Source of the DNA: a virus | Taxonomy: Duplodnaviria; Caudoviricetes | Virus record (IMG/VR): IMGVR_UViG_3300027210_000001 | Location: 17,322-81,321 of that record | Length of the DNA stretch: 64,000 bases | Direction: 5' to 3' (one strand) | Shown here: positions 1-8,678 of the stretch, one piece after another | How positions within the stretch are numbered: position 1 is the stretch's first letter | How the letters are laid out: the number at the start of each line of letters is the position of its first letter | Translations under genes and position numbers: made by a program | Notes under the pieces: model-generated | The model's input: the letters and a program-made list of their open reading frames with translations, nothing else | What the model was told of the DNA's origin: nothing | Databases searched by the model: none

Positions 1-75
1 TCCTTCACAGAAACAGACATCACCTTCATCCATGATGCTCTCTGCTCACTAGCAGAAGTACTCACTGCAGATGAT

Positions 76-435
76 GTGGTACACCAGCATAAAGACTTGG
101 TTATTGCCAGGCTTGCTGAGGTAACTGACATCATTGATTCTCAGATCAATGCTCCGTCTAAACCTACATCATTCCTCAATGAATACCATAAGCTTGCTGA
201 TGTTCTCGAAGAACTGAAAGCTATCTCTCAACGTGAGAGCAAGCGTCACGAAGTGGATCAACATCTCACTCCCTCCATGCTTGCCATGGTGGATGATGAG
301 ATTATCCCCATGCTTGAGAACGAAATGGACTATGACCCATCAGATGAAGACCTTGGCTATGGCGGTGAGCCGCCTATGACAGCAGACGAAATGCACACAG
401 CTGCATGGCGTCAGCACCAGGAGCTTCATCGCTAA
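76..435 (+). CDS. hypothetical protein
   Basis: 119-aa ORF in a co-oriented run of early genes; acidic C-terminus. Confidence 0.7.
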   Translation: MVHQHKDLVIARLAEVTDIIDSQINAPSKPTSFLNEYHKLADVLEELKAISQRESKRHEVDQHLTPSMLAMVDDEIIPMLENEMDYDPSDEDLGYGGEPPMTADEMHTAAWRQHQELHR

Positions 436-540
436 CAACCCTACCGCAAGGTTAAGGAAACATTAAGACCATTGGTCATGGCTTGACTGCTCTGGTAGAC
501 TTGCCATGACCACACTCAACTCACACTACGCACCAATCAA

Positions 541-744
541 ATGTCTGACAGCCTTCGCATCCCAGACTCAATTGATACTCAACGTCTACAAGCTATGCAG
601 CTTGTAGCCAAGATGAAAGAATCAGCTGACAAACATGGTATTGGTTTCATCGGGGGATTTATCTCCCCCGATGGACAAAAGTTCATCATGACAAATATGG
701 ATGATGATGACACTCAAGCACTCCTGCCTGACAACCTCAAATGA
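541..744 (+). CDS. hypothetical protein
   Basis: 67-aa ORF after an A/C-rich leader; ATGA overlap with next gene. Confidence 0.75.
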   Translation: MSDSLRIPDSIDTQRLQAMQLVAKMKESADKHGIGFIGGFISPDGQKFIMTNMDDDDTQALLPDNLK

Positions 745-1040
745 CTCCTGATCAAAAGGAAATGATCAATGAGATCATTGACAAATTTAATTTCGAGAAA
801 GTATTAATTGCCATGACAGCACTTGACTGGCATTGGCAAACAACAGCAAGTAATGGGTACTCAGTACCAACATTACAAAGACTCAAAGCAATGGCACGTC
901 ATTTATTAAATGAATCCATCAAGGAAACAGTTGTTGGATCTGGTGGATTCGAAGCCAAGTATCACTCCAAAGACAATAGCGATTCGGAGTATTTCGAATT
1001 GAAATTTATTCTTTGCCACGAGGATTCTTACGATGACTGA
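741..1040 (+). CDS. hypothetical protein
   Basis: 99-aa ORF, translationally coupled on both sides. Confidence 0.8.
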   Translation: MTPDQKEMINEIIDKFNFEKVLIAMTALDWHWQTTASNGYSVPTLQRLKAMARHLLNESIKETVVGSGGFEAKYHSKDNSDSEYFELKFILCHEDSYDD

Positions 1041-1407
1041 ATATCCAATCACCCCACCGCCTGAACTAGTGGAGCAGTGGGCTGATGAAGCAGGGAAGGG
1101 ATGGAGAGGAAACGGTACCTACGAGCAAGACATCGCTACCCAAGCCGCCCGCTGGGGCAGTGACCAGGAGCTGGAGGCGTGTTGTGAGTGGCTTGGTGAT
1201 GCTCCTGTTGTGTATAACGACAATGGTGATCTTCATCCAGGTGCATATCTAAGAGATGCCCGCCGTTCCAAATTGCTGAGCTTGAAAGAGCAAGCGCTAA
1301 AAGTGCTGAAGAACGCACGAGGGCAAGACCACCCAAGCCCAGTGTCAGTACTTACTGCTGATGAACACGCACTAATCCGTCGTGCATTAGAACAACTTAA
1401 TGACTGA
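1033..1407 (+). CDS. hypothetical protein, PITPPPELVEQW family (paralog of 6517-6876)
   Basis: Shares N-terminal PITPPPELVEQW and internal SLKEQAL with 6517-6876. Confidence 0.8.
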   Translation: MTEYPITPPPELVEQWADEAGKGWRGNGTYEQDIATQAARWGSDQELEACCEWLGDAPVVYNDNGDLHPGAYLRDARRSKLLSLKEQALKVLKNARGQDHPSPVSVLTADEHALIRRALEQLND

Positions 1408-1597
1408 CAAATCACCTATCAACTTTGATAAGACCATTGCTGGGTTTAACATAACCGAGCATGGTATTAAATCATTCACCAAATCAATTCAACTTGGTCC
1501 GTTCCAAGTAACACTTAACGCCAGAGAATCTGGTGTACGTGGATCTATCTCATTGCCTGGCACAGGCTTGAGTAAACGTAACATCAAGTTGTTTTGA
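1400..1597 (+). CDS. DUF4236-like small protein
   Basis: GPFQVTLN...GVRGSISLPGTGLS resembles the DUF4236 S.G.PGTGLSY signature. Confidence 0.6.
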   Translation: MTDKSPINFDKTIAGFNITEHGIKSFTKSIQLGPFQVTLNARESGVRGSISLPGTGLSKRNIKLF

Positions 1598-1602
1598 TAC
1601 AT

Positions 1603-1629
1603 GGACCTGGGATGTCCTTAAACTCATCC
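1603..1629 (+). promoter_or_regulatory. leader H-type pseudoknot motif, copy 1 (GGAC variant)
   Basis: Stem1 GGAC 1603-1606/GTCC 1614-1617, TTAAAC linker, weaker stem2; 21 nt before ATG 1651. Confidence 0.55.
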
Positions 1630-1650
1630 AGTCCAACTCAACCTAAACTC

Positions 1651-1848
1651 ATGAACTCAACTGAACTTCACGCCATGATTGCCCGCATGGACGGCTATGG
1701 CGGATCATTCGTATCCTCAATTGCACAAGCATTGCGCTTTGCTGATCCAAAGAATCGGCAGCGTTTGCTTGATGTATTCCCTGATCTTGTCCAGAAGTAT
1801 GGACCTGAAGGTCAGTTTGCTAAAGCCAAACAACTCACACAGGTGTAA
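1651..1848 (+). CDS. hypothetical protein
   Basis: Likely start MNSTELH at 1651; motif GGSFVSSIAQALRFADPKNRQRL. Confidence 0.8.
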   Translation: MNSTELHAMIARMDGYGGSFVSSIAQALRFADPKNRQRLLDVFPDLVQKYGPEGQFAKAKQLTQV

Positions 1849-1851
1849 CTC

Positions 1852-2100
1852 ATGAACGTGTTAGCAATTGAACACACAGTCATTGATGGTAACGATGTCA
1901 CAGTTACAGCAGTGGTTGATGACATGCGTCTCATCCATCGGTCAACTTACCTTGACCCTGAAGAATATGCTCCTGCATTGTGCAGAGCTAGCTTCGAACT
2001 GGATGAGGGAGAACAAATCCCTCTTGACGAAGATGGCTTCTGCAGCTATCTTACTGACCTCAACCCTAACTGGGAACTCCTCCCAGTAGATAACGACTGA
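1852..2100 (+). CDS. hypothetical protein
   Basis: 82-aa acidic ORF, 3 nt after previous stop. Confidence 0.8.
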   Translation: MNVLAIEHTVIDGNDVTVTAVVDDMRLIHRSTYLDPEEYAPALCRASFELDEGEQIPLDEDGFCSYLTDLNPNWELLPVDND

Positions 2101-2106
2101 CACTAT

Positions 2107-2135
2107 ACGTCCTGGACATGACGTTAAACTGTCCA
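2107..2135 (+). promoter_or_regulatory. leader H-type pseudoknot motif, copy 2
   Basis: ACGTC/GACGT (5 bp) and TGGACA/TGTCCA (6 bp), TAAAC linker; 28 nt before ATG 2164. Confidence 0.75.
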
Positions 2136-2163
2136 TCAACTCCGAACTTACTCCGAACTCACC

Positions 2164-3903
2164 ATGGAATTCCGTCTTCCCGCTAATCTTCAAACAGAAC
2201 TTCTTGCTTACGATCCCAAGCTTAAGCAACTGCAGCGTGAACAGAATCCTACTGCTAACAAAGCTAAGCCCAAGTTTCCACTTGGCGCAGTCTTTGATCT
2301 TATACCTGCTGATGTTGTTACACCAACAAAGCTTGAAGAAGTAGTAACTGATCTCAACGCCAGAAGTGTGGAACATCGTCACACTCGATTTACCAAGGTG
2401 GTAGATGTTGCTACTGCAACAGCACGCACCATTACTTATGCCATCATCTATTACTATGAGAAGGTATGGCATGCAGCATGGCTGCCGCCCAAAGGACAAG
2501 AAGATGACTACGTATATGGCTATGCTTATGCCTACAAGAATCTTGATTCAGTACGTAAGACAGTTCCGCATACTTTAATTGATAACAACAGTAGAGTAAC
2601 CGTTGACTATGTTAAGTACGGACGCAGTGAGTTCTGCGTTGTACGCCACAAGGTAACCAAGCAAGACATTGCTAATGGTAGAACAAACCGTTGGTGGAAT
2701 CCTACCTACATTTCATACGGCAAGGGTGGACAAATCAAGACAACCATATCAGCATTTGAATCCACACTCAGTGAAACCATACCCAAGTGGATTGATTCAC
2801 GTGGATTCTTTGACCGCATTGTAACTAATAACTGGGCTGCAATCCTGGGCATCAAAGATCGTTCACTTTATTGGAATACATTTGAGGATCCAGAACAAGC
2901 CAAGCGTGATGTAGTTCCATCTGCAGATTTGTTCTATGCATTTGCTGATGTGTACAAAAGCAATAATGATTATCACGCTCAGACTTATTGCATTGCTGAT
3001 CGCATCATGCATGTCATTGGCAAACCATTCTTCCGCAAGTGGATTCAATCCCAGTGTGATGAAGCCATTGCAATGTTTGAGAACGAAGACAACAATCTGT
3101 TTCGCAAGGTAACTCAACCTTGGAATCGTATTGAAAAGCTGGTGCAATCTATTGATTACATTAATAAGATTTGGCAGGATTGCCCTGTTGATTTTTATCA
3201 GACACATATTGAATATCTAATTGGCATCCGTCTTGATCGTCACGTAGCTGATAGTGTACAGCTATGGTTGCGCAATCACATGCAACCAGCTACATTCTTT
3301 CATATACTCAAGAAGCATTACGAAGATCAGGTCAACACTGATTCCAGTAGTTTGTCTTATTACACAAACAGTGAAACTGGCAAGCTGTCATTTTATTTCA
3401 CAGAATGGAATGACACATTGTCAATGGTTAGCGATGTCTTAACAAATCACGGTTCTCTAGAAGCGCCAAGGCGTTGGCGTCTTACTGAATTCCATGATCA
3501 TGTACAAGCAGAAGCATGGAAGATCAAACATCCAAACGCTAGCCTGCCTCAAGATCTATTCCCATCACCTGTCAAGGTTGAGGTGGGTGATGAACGCTGG
3601 TCATTCTTCCAGCCTCATGACACACATCAACTGTCAGCATGGGGCCAGGCCGTACGTAATTGCGTCGGCAATGCTAAGGACTATGCAGATGGTGTACGCA
3701 AGAAGAAGCATTTCATTGTGCTTTGCATGGTTGACAACAAGCCTCAGTTCACTGTTCAACTTAGAGTTGACATGGGTATGATGAGCGTCAGCCAGATCGT
3801 TGGCATGTCCAACCAACGGTTGACGGATGAGCAGAAGGATGCTTACACACAAGCCTTTAGCAAGGCATTGCATTCCCGCAATGATGAGCTAGAGTCTGCG
3901 TAG
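2164..3903 (+). CDS. PcfJ-like domain protein
   Basis: C-terminal QPHDTHQLSAWGQAVRNCVG...FTVQL matches the PcfJ-type L..EG..M.NCV motif. Confidence 0.7.
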   Translation: MEFRLPANLQTELLAYDPKLKQLQREQNPTANKAKPKFPLGAVFDLIPADVVTPTKLEEVVTDLNARSVEHRHTRFTKVVDVATATARTITYAIIYYYEKVWHAAWLPPKGQEDDYVYGYAYAYKNLDSVRKTVPHTLIDNNSRVTVDYVKYGRSEFCVVRHKVTKQDIANGRTNRWWNPTYISYGKGGQIKTTISAFESTLSETIPKWIDSRGFFDRIVTNNWAAILGIKDRSLYWNTFEDPEQAKRDVVPSADLFYAFADVYKSNNDYHAQTYCIADRIMHVIGKPFFRKWIQSQCDEAIAMFENEDNNLFRKVTQPWNRIEKLVQSIDYINKIWQDCPVDFYQTHIEYLIGIRLDRHVADSVQLWLRNHMQPATFFHILKKHYEDQVNTDSSSLSYYTNSETGKLSFYFTEWNDTLSMVSDVLTNHGSLEAPRRWRLTEFHDHVQAEAWKIKHPNASLPQDLFPSPVKVEVGDERWSFFQPHDTHQLSAWGQAVRNCVGNAKDYADGVRKKKHFIVLCMVDNKPQFTVQLRVDMGMMSVSQIVGMSNQRLTDEQKDAYTQAFSKALHSRNDELESA

Positions 3904-4528
3904 CCCGCACAGGCTTGCCAGCTAATTAACATAAAGGCATTGCATTGCATTGCATGTAAGTCCTTTTTATTAAGTCATGCCCACAAAGTTCCATCCAATG
4001 CCAGAGTTAAGTTTTTTAAAGCAACTGCTTTATGTTGATTCTTCTTCTCCTTCTGGATTGAGAAATAGAATAACTAGAAACTCAAAAGCAGTCAAAGATG
4101 CTATTGCTGGCAGAAGTAATGGACAAGGTTATTACCAAGTCCGTATAAAGAATGTATGTTATTCTGCGCATCGACTTGTTTGGTATTTGTCTACTTATTT
4201 AGATCCTGGTCTTGATTGTATTGATCATTCTGATGGCGATCAAACAAACAATGCAATTGAAAATTTACGCATTGCCAATTGGGCAGGCAACTCTTTCAAC
4301 AGAGCTAAGTCTGTTTCTAATACATCAGGTTATAAAGGTGTAAGTTTTAAAAAAGATAAACAGAAATGGTATGCCCAAATAAAAGCAAATGGAAAACATG
4401 TTTACTTGGGAACGTATACAAATCTAGAAGAAGCTGCAGAAGTCTATAATCAAGCAGCTCTTGCACATCATGGCATTTTTGCTCGTTTAAATAAGCTATG
4501 ATGTAGGCGAGCCCGCACAGCTTGCCAG
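3902..4528 (+). mobile_element. HNH-AP2 cassette flanked by ~20-bp imperfect direct repeats
   Basis: AGCCCGCACAGGCTTGCCAG 3902-3921 and AGCCCGCACAGCTTGCCAG 4510-4528; AT-rich interior. Confidence 0.6.
3977..4501 (+). CDS. HNH homing endonuclease with AP2 domain
   Basis: AHRLVW...IDHSDGDQTNNAIENLR (HNH) and NTSGYKGVSF...WYAQI...YLGTY (AP2). Confidence 0.9.
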   Translation: MPTKFHPMPELSFLKQLLYVDSSSPSGLRNRITRNSKAVKDAIAGRSNGQGYYQVRIKNVCYSAHRLVWYLSTYLDPGLDCIDHSDGDQTNNAIENLRIANWAGNSFNRAKSVSNTSGYKGVSFKKDKQKWYAQIKANGKHVYLGTYTNLEEAAEVYNQAALAHHGIFARLNKL

Positions 4529-4561
4529 TCGTGGCCTCGATACTAGGGCTGGCATTCACCT

Positions 4562-4786
4562 ATGACTGAGTACACCGACGACCAACTCCTAGCACAGGCA
4601 CTCTCCAATCTTGGTGAGTACATACATACTCATGGCACACCTGATTATGTGTTAGTTGATTCAGAAGATCCTCGCAATGAAGATGACTATGATACGTGGA
4701 GTTATGGCACTGAGCCATTACCCCATGACCACACTTGGCAGCATGCATCAATTGATGTAAGCATAAGTCCAAGTGAGCCCGAGTAG
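4562..4786 (+). CDS. hypothetical protein
   Basis: 74-aa acidic ORF; its stop codon lies in the first 10 nt of the tRNA gene. Confidence 0.7.
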   Translation: MTEYTDDQLLAQALSNLGEYIHTHGTPDYVLVDSEDPRNEDDYDTWSYGTEPLPHDHTWQHASIDVSISPSEPE

Positions 4787-4852
4787 CCCAGCGGAAGAGG
4801 CAAGCGACTTAAAATCGCTCCAGCGTGAGTTCGAATCTCACCTCGGGTACCA
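4777..4852 (+). tRNA. trnL-UAA: tRNA-Leu (UAA), 76 nt, short variable loop, encoded CCA
   Basis: Acceptor GCCCGAG/CTCGGGT, anticodon arm AGCGA-CTTAAAA-TCGCT, T arm GTGAG-TTCGAAT-CTCAC, A73, CCA. Confidence 0.93.
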
Positions 4853-4876
4853 AACTACACATTGCACATTTGAATT

Positions 4877-5089
4877 ATGTCAGCTCAAAACAATTATCTT
4901 GACATCATTGCTGCTTGCATAGGAGATGTTTCAGACTCCATTGATGCAATTGATACAAAAGACATTGTACTTTCAATCAGTGAACTAGCCAATGTCTTGA
5001 AAGAGACTAATAAACTATTGAAAGAAGTAGCTGATAGCAATAAAGCTATTGCTATGAATGCTTATCAATATGTAACAAACAAAGTTTGA
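4877..5089 (+). CDS. hypothetical coiled-coil protein
   Basis: 70-aa ORF with heptad-like pattern. Confidence 0.7.
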   Translation: MSAQNNYLDIIAACIGDVSDSIDAIDTKDIVLSISELANVLKETNKLLKEVADSNKAIAMNAYQYVTNKV

Positions 5090-5152
5090 TTAAACTTGGG
5101 CATCCGCAAGGTATAAGTCCCAAGTATCACCCATCTACTCAACTCAAACACA

Positions 5153-5515
5153 ATGAACATCTTTGCCTGTTTCAAGCACATCATCCCTGAGTTCCATGCA
5201 TATTCAGATGCCGACCAGCGTTACAACATTGGTGCTACCTGGACAGCTCAGGATGGTCTCCATGACTACCACAACTTAGAGATCAAGTACGTCCACAACT
5301 CTGAGCGGCTTGCGCTCCAGGGCGATCCACAGCCTGATGGCAGCTGGCGGTACGTAGCTCCTGATGGTGGCATCCATGTCATGTCAGCAGAGCGTGCACG
5401 TGCCTTCATGGAGCAGACCCATGCCCATGCCAACATCATGTGCGGCATGCTTGACCGCCTTAAGGAAAACGGAATGCTAGATCAGGTGGTAGACACGCAG
5501 GCCCAAGCAGCGTAG
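5153..5515 (+). CDS. hypothetical protein
   Basis: 120-aa ORF after an ACTCAACTC leader and GCAA hairpin. Confidence 0.8.
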   Translation: MNIFACFKHIIPEFHAYSDADQRYNIGATWTAQDGLHDYHNLEIKYVHNSERLALQGDPQPDGSWRYVAPDGGIHVMSAERARAFMEQTHAHANIMCGMLDRLKENGMLDQVVDTQAQAA

Positions 5516-5533
5516 AATCTATGCGGAATGTTC

Positions 5534-5562
5534 GGACCCCTGCGCAAGCGGGGGTCTTTCTC
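5534..5562 (+). terminator. GC-rich hairpin with GCAA loop, probable terminator or processing site
   Basis: GGACCCCTGC-GCAA-GCGGGGGTCT followed by TTTCTCT. Confidence 0.55.
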
Positions 5563-5563
5563 T

Positions 5564-5905
5564 ATGACTGAACACGACACTATTGATTTAGATCTCATTG
5601 ATCAGATTGTTGTACACATCCCTGATTGGGCATGGGATGCAGTTTGTCAGGTACTTGTACCAGCAATTGTAGATTCAATGCCTGGGTTTGTACTTGAGAA
5701 ATTGACTGGTAAGTATGACGGCTTTGATCGGGCAGAAGAAATTCTGTTTGATTACTACAAACCATTGGAGCGTAAACATGATTTAATTGTTGACTGCTTT
5801 AAGTTTGTTAGCCCGCATGTAACTGTCGACATGCTTGACGCTCTTGACCTAGATCAACTTCAATCCAACGAAACAAATGAAATGCCATCAGTGTCAATCA
5901 ACTAA
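5564..5905 (+). CDS. hypothetical protein
   Basis: Likely start MTEHDT at 5564, after the hairpin. Confidence 0.75.
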   Translation: MTEHDTIDLDLIDQIVVHIPDWAWDAVCQVLVPAIVDSMPGFVLEKLTGKYDGFDRAEEILFDYYKPLERKHDLIVDCFKFVSPHVTVDMLDALDLDQLQSNETNEMPSVSIN

Positions 5906-6215
5906 CACACGTGTCACGTGTACTGATCATCACGAGACATTAACCAAGCGCTACATCCGTTGCTTGGATTGCGGTTGTAAGTTTCGTACTATTGAAAAGT
6001 ATGAAGTGTACAAGCGTGGTCCTAAGAAAAGCGGTAAGCTTCCTGATACACAAGGATCTAAAAATGGATTCTCTGTGTTGACTGAGCAAAACATCTTGGA
6101 CATCCGCAAGTTGAAACAAGAAGGCAAAACTAATTTTGCTATCTCAGTTATCTACGGTATTAACCGTGGACATGTTTCAAAGATTGTCAACCGTAAAGTC
6201 TGGACTCACGTCTAA
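5877..6215 (+). CDS. NrdR-like zinc ribbon plus C-terminal HTH
   Basis: MKCHQCQSTNTRV...RYIRCLDCGCKFRTIE as in the NrdR N-terminus; no ATP-cone; HTH-like ISVIYGINRGHVSKIV. Confidence 0.7.
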   Translation: MKCHQCQSTNTRVTCTDHHETLTKRYIRCLDCGCKFRTIEKYEVYKRGPKKSGKLPDTQGSKNGFSVLTEQNILDIRKLKQEGKTNFAISVIYGINRGHVSKIVNRKVWTHV

Positions 6216-6511
6216 TGTCAAACAGAACCAATCGAATCTTTCAAGTTGGTGACCGTGTTGCCGAACGCCCCAAGACTCATGGCATGGTTGCAGTACGTGC
6301 TGAAGCCAGGGAAGAGGTAGCTAAGTATCGCAGCCAACGGTACGGAACAGTAGTTAACTTTACTTCCAAGAAGATTAAGTCTGGTGGTTACCAAAAGTTT
6401 CTTGTGATCCAATGGGATCATCTGCAAACACCATGCGAACATGCACGTGGTCGCATCTGTCACCTCGATGAGTTTCCGAAACTCATGCGTGAAACAACTG
6501 TTGTTTACTGA
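6215..6511 (+). CDS. hypothetical protein (SH3-like, FQVGDRV start)
   Basis: 98-aa ORF, TAATG coupling. Confidence 0.75.
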   Translation: MSNRTNRIFQVGDRVAERPKTHGMVAVRAEAREEVAKYRSQRYGTVVNFTSKKIKSGGYQKFLVIQWDHLQTPCEHARGRICHLDEFPKLMRETTVVY

Positions 6512-6516
6512 TTACC

Positions 6517-6876
6517 ATGACTGAACACCCGATTACCCCACCGCCTGAGCTGGTGGAGCAGTGGGTTCAAGCCACCGAGTCCAACGACTGTATCGGCGCA
6601 TTGCCGACGAACTTTGAGCAGCGCATCTGCATCGCTGCCGCCCAATGGGGCGCAGACCAACAACTTGCAAAAGATGCAGAGTGGCTAGATTACAATACCT
6701 TGAATGAACCGCATCTAAGAATTACTCCAATGGGTGAATCCTTAAAAGAAGCAATGCGCCCCAAGCCGCCGAGCTTGAAAGAGCAGGCGTTGGAGACACT
6801 CAAGTATCCAAAAGATTTTTGGAGTGAATCCGAGGTAGATACCATTCGTTTAGCACTGGAGCAACTTGATGACTGA
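6517..6876 (+). CDS. hypothetical protein, PITPPPELVEQW family
   Basis: Paralog of 1033-1407 at protein and DNA level. Confidence 0.8.
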   Translation: MTEHPITPPPELVEQWVQATESNDCIGALPTNFEQRICIAAAQWGADQQLAKDAEWLDYNTLNEPHLRITPMGESLKEAMRPKPPSLKEQALETLKYPKDFWSESEVDTIRLALEQLDD

Positions 6877-7060
6877 TCTTTCCCCTGCCAGTCAAGCAAT
6901 CCTTGATGCTATTGCTGAATGGGAAGTAGAACCTGATTCGTATTCCCGTCAAATTGTTATTGCTACTCTTTATGCATTAGCATCACGCATTAAGGGAGCC
7001 GACCATATTCGGCAAGACATTTTAGACATTGCCAACGAACTGGAGAACACTAATGACTGA
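6869..7060 (+). CDS. hypothetical protein (LSPA.QA.LDA family)
   Basis: MTDLSPASQAILDA ... IANELE; paralog of the next gene. Confidence 0.75.
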   Translation: MTDLSPASQAILDAIAEWEVEPDSYSRQIVIATLYALASRIKGADHIRQDILDIANELENTND

Positions 7061-7304
7061 ACTCTCCCCCGCCGCGCAGGCGGTGCTGGATGCGGCGAAT
7101 GGCGCCAACTCTTATGGCCCAGATGACTGCCTAAACGAATCCCGCTGGATTGCTGCCGCCGCCCTGCGAGCTGCTGCGGATCAAGTGGTGCCAGAGACTG
7201 CTCCTCCACTAATCGGCACACCTTTTGTGCGTTGGGACGCTATGGACGAGATCCGCGCCCAACTTCTCGTCATCGCCGCCGAGCTGGAGAACATCAATGG
7301 CTAG
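7053..7304 (+). CDS. hypothetical protein (LSPA.QA.LDA family)
   Basis: MTELSPAAQAVLDA ... IAAELE; GC-rich. Confidence 0.75.
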   Translation: MTELSPAAQAVLDAANGANSYGPDDCLNESRWIAAAALRAAADQVVPETAPPLIGTPFVRWDAMDEIRAQLLVIAAELENING

Positions 7305-7572
7305 TTATCTCACCAGGAAGATGACTGATAAAGACTTCTATCTTTCTCAGGCATCTAGGCCAAGACCTGCTACTGCTTTCAGTCAATACCGTGGTGTAAG
7401 CCGAGGTAACAAAGGGATGTACAGGGCAATGCTGACCTTCAAAGGGAAGCGTTACTACCTTGGCAACCATGTCAATGAGATTGATGCAGCACGTGCTTAC
7501 AACAAAGCAGCGCTTGCAATCATTGGTGACTATGCTTTACTAAACGAAATTCCAGGTGATGACAATGTCTAG
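7297..7572 (+). CDS. stand-alone AP2 domain protein
   Basis: SQYRGVSR...YRAMLTFKGKRYYLG...EIDAARAYNKAA; no HNH domain upstream. Confidence 0.85.
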   Translation: MASYLTRKMTDKDFYLSQASRPRPATAFSQYRGVSRGNKGMYRAMLTFKGKRYYLGNHVNEIDAARAYNKAALAIIGDYALLNEIPGDDNV

Positions 7573-8200
7573 TGCCAAGTTAGTCTGGGTAACTCCCAAT
7601 GCAGAAGAAATGATTGTGAAGATGGCACGCGTAAGTGCGCCATCAAACCAAGGCAACATGGATACAGCGCCACGCCTGTTGAAGTACTTGATTAATCACA
7701 AGCATCATTCACCATTTGAGATGGCCAATCTTTGTGTTGAAATCGAAACAACTCGTGGTATTTCAGCACAGATACTTCGACATAGGTCCTTCAGCTTCCA
7801 GGAATTTAGCCAGCGGTATGCAGACGTAAGTGCATTGGGATCCTCAGTGATTCCACATCTACGTAGGCAAGACATCAAGAATCGTCAGAATAGTATTGAC
7901 GACCTGTCTCCTGATGTAATTGCTGGGTACTACCGACGCATTGGCCATCTGTTTGAAGATGCAGAACATCTGTATCGCGAGATGGTTAGCAGTGGTGTTG
8001 CCAAGGAATGCGCACGTGCTGTACTTCCTATTGCAACCAAGACAAAGATGTATATGAATGGAACACTCCGTTCATGGATCCACTACTTGCAACTGCGTTG
8101 TGATGTAAGCACTCAGCTTGAGCACAGGCAAATTGCAGAAGAAATCAAAGAGATTTTCTGCGAACAATTCCCCATCATTGGTGAGGCTGTATTCGAATGA
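7565..8200 (+). CDS. thyX: FAD-dependent thymidylate synthase ThyX
   Basis: HHSPFE and RHRSFSFQEFSQRY ThyX motif, AKECARAVLP, TQLEHR. Confidence 0.96.
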   Translation: MSSAKLVWVTPNAEEMIVKMARVSAPSNQGNMDTAPRLLKYLINHKHHSPFEMANLCVEIETTRGISAQILRHRSFSFQEFSQRYADVSALGSSVIPHLRRQDIKNRQNSIDDLSPDVIAGYYRRIGHLFEDAEHLYREMVSSGVAKECARAVLPIATKTKMYMNGTLRSWIHYLQLRCDVSTQLEHRQIAEEIKEIFCEQFPIIGEAVFE

Positions 8201-8526
8201 CTGACAAACCTTCTAAGAAATGGATTCGTGATTACGATTATGTCCTGTTTGAAGTGGAGTACGATCAAACATTAGATGAGTACATGGATTATATAAAAGA
8301 ATTAATCAATGAAGGATGGGAGGGTATTGAGTTAGTACCTTATAAATATGGTGAAGGGTATTTCCCATACCTTTATAAAACACGCATGGAAACCGATGTT
8401 GAGTTCCAGGCTCGTTTAGAGCTTGAAGAAAAAAAACAGAAGAAAAAAATTAAAGCTGCAGAAAGGAAACGTAGACAGTACGAAAAACTTAAAAAGGAAT
8501 TTGAACCCAATGGAATACCCAATTAA
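8197..8526 (+). CDS. hypothetical protein
   Basis: 109-aa ORF, AT-rich, charged C-terminus. Confidence 0.7.
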   Translation: MTDKPSKKWIRDYDYVLFEVEYDQTLDEYMDYIKELINEGWEGIELVPYKYGEGYFPYLYKTRMETDVEFQARLELEEKKQKKKIKAAERKRRQYEKLKKEFEPNGIPN

Positions 8527-8656
8527 AGAACTTGCCATTCAGCACTGGGAAGCTCTTGTGCTAGGTGGATTGGATGGACGTGAGTACACAGACTCAATGC
8601 TCTACATCCGCAATGCCTTGAACTTTGTCAAATATATTTTTTTATGGTTACAATGA
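8510..8656 (+). CDS. hypothetical small protein
   Basis: Likely start MEYPIK at 8510. Confidence 0.55.
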   Translation: MEYPIKELAIQHWEALVLGGLDGREYTDSMLYIRNALNFVKYIFLWLQ

Positions 8657-8678
8657 CAATGAATTAACTTTCACGTAA

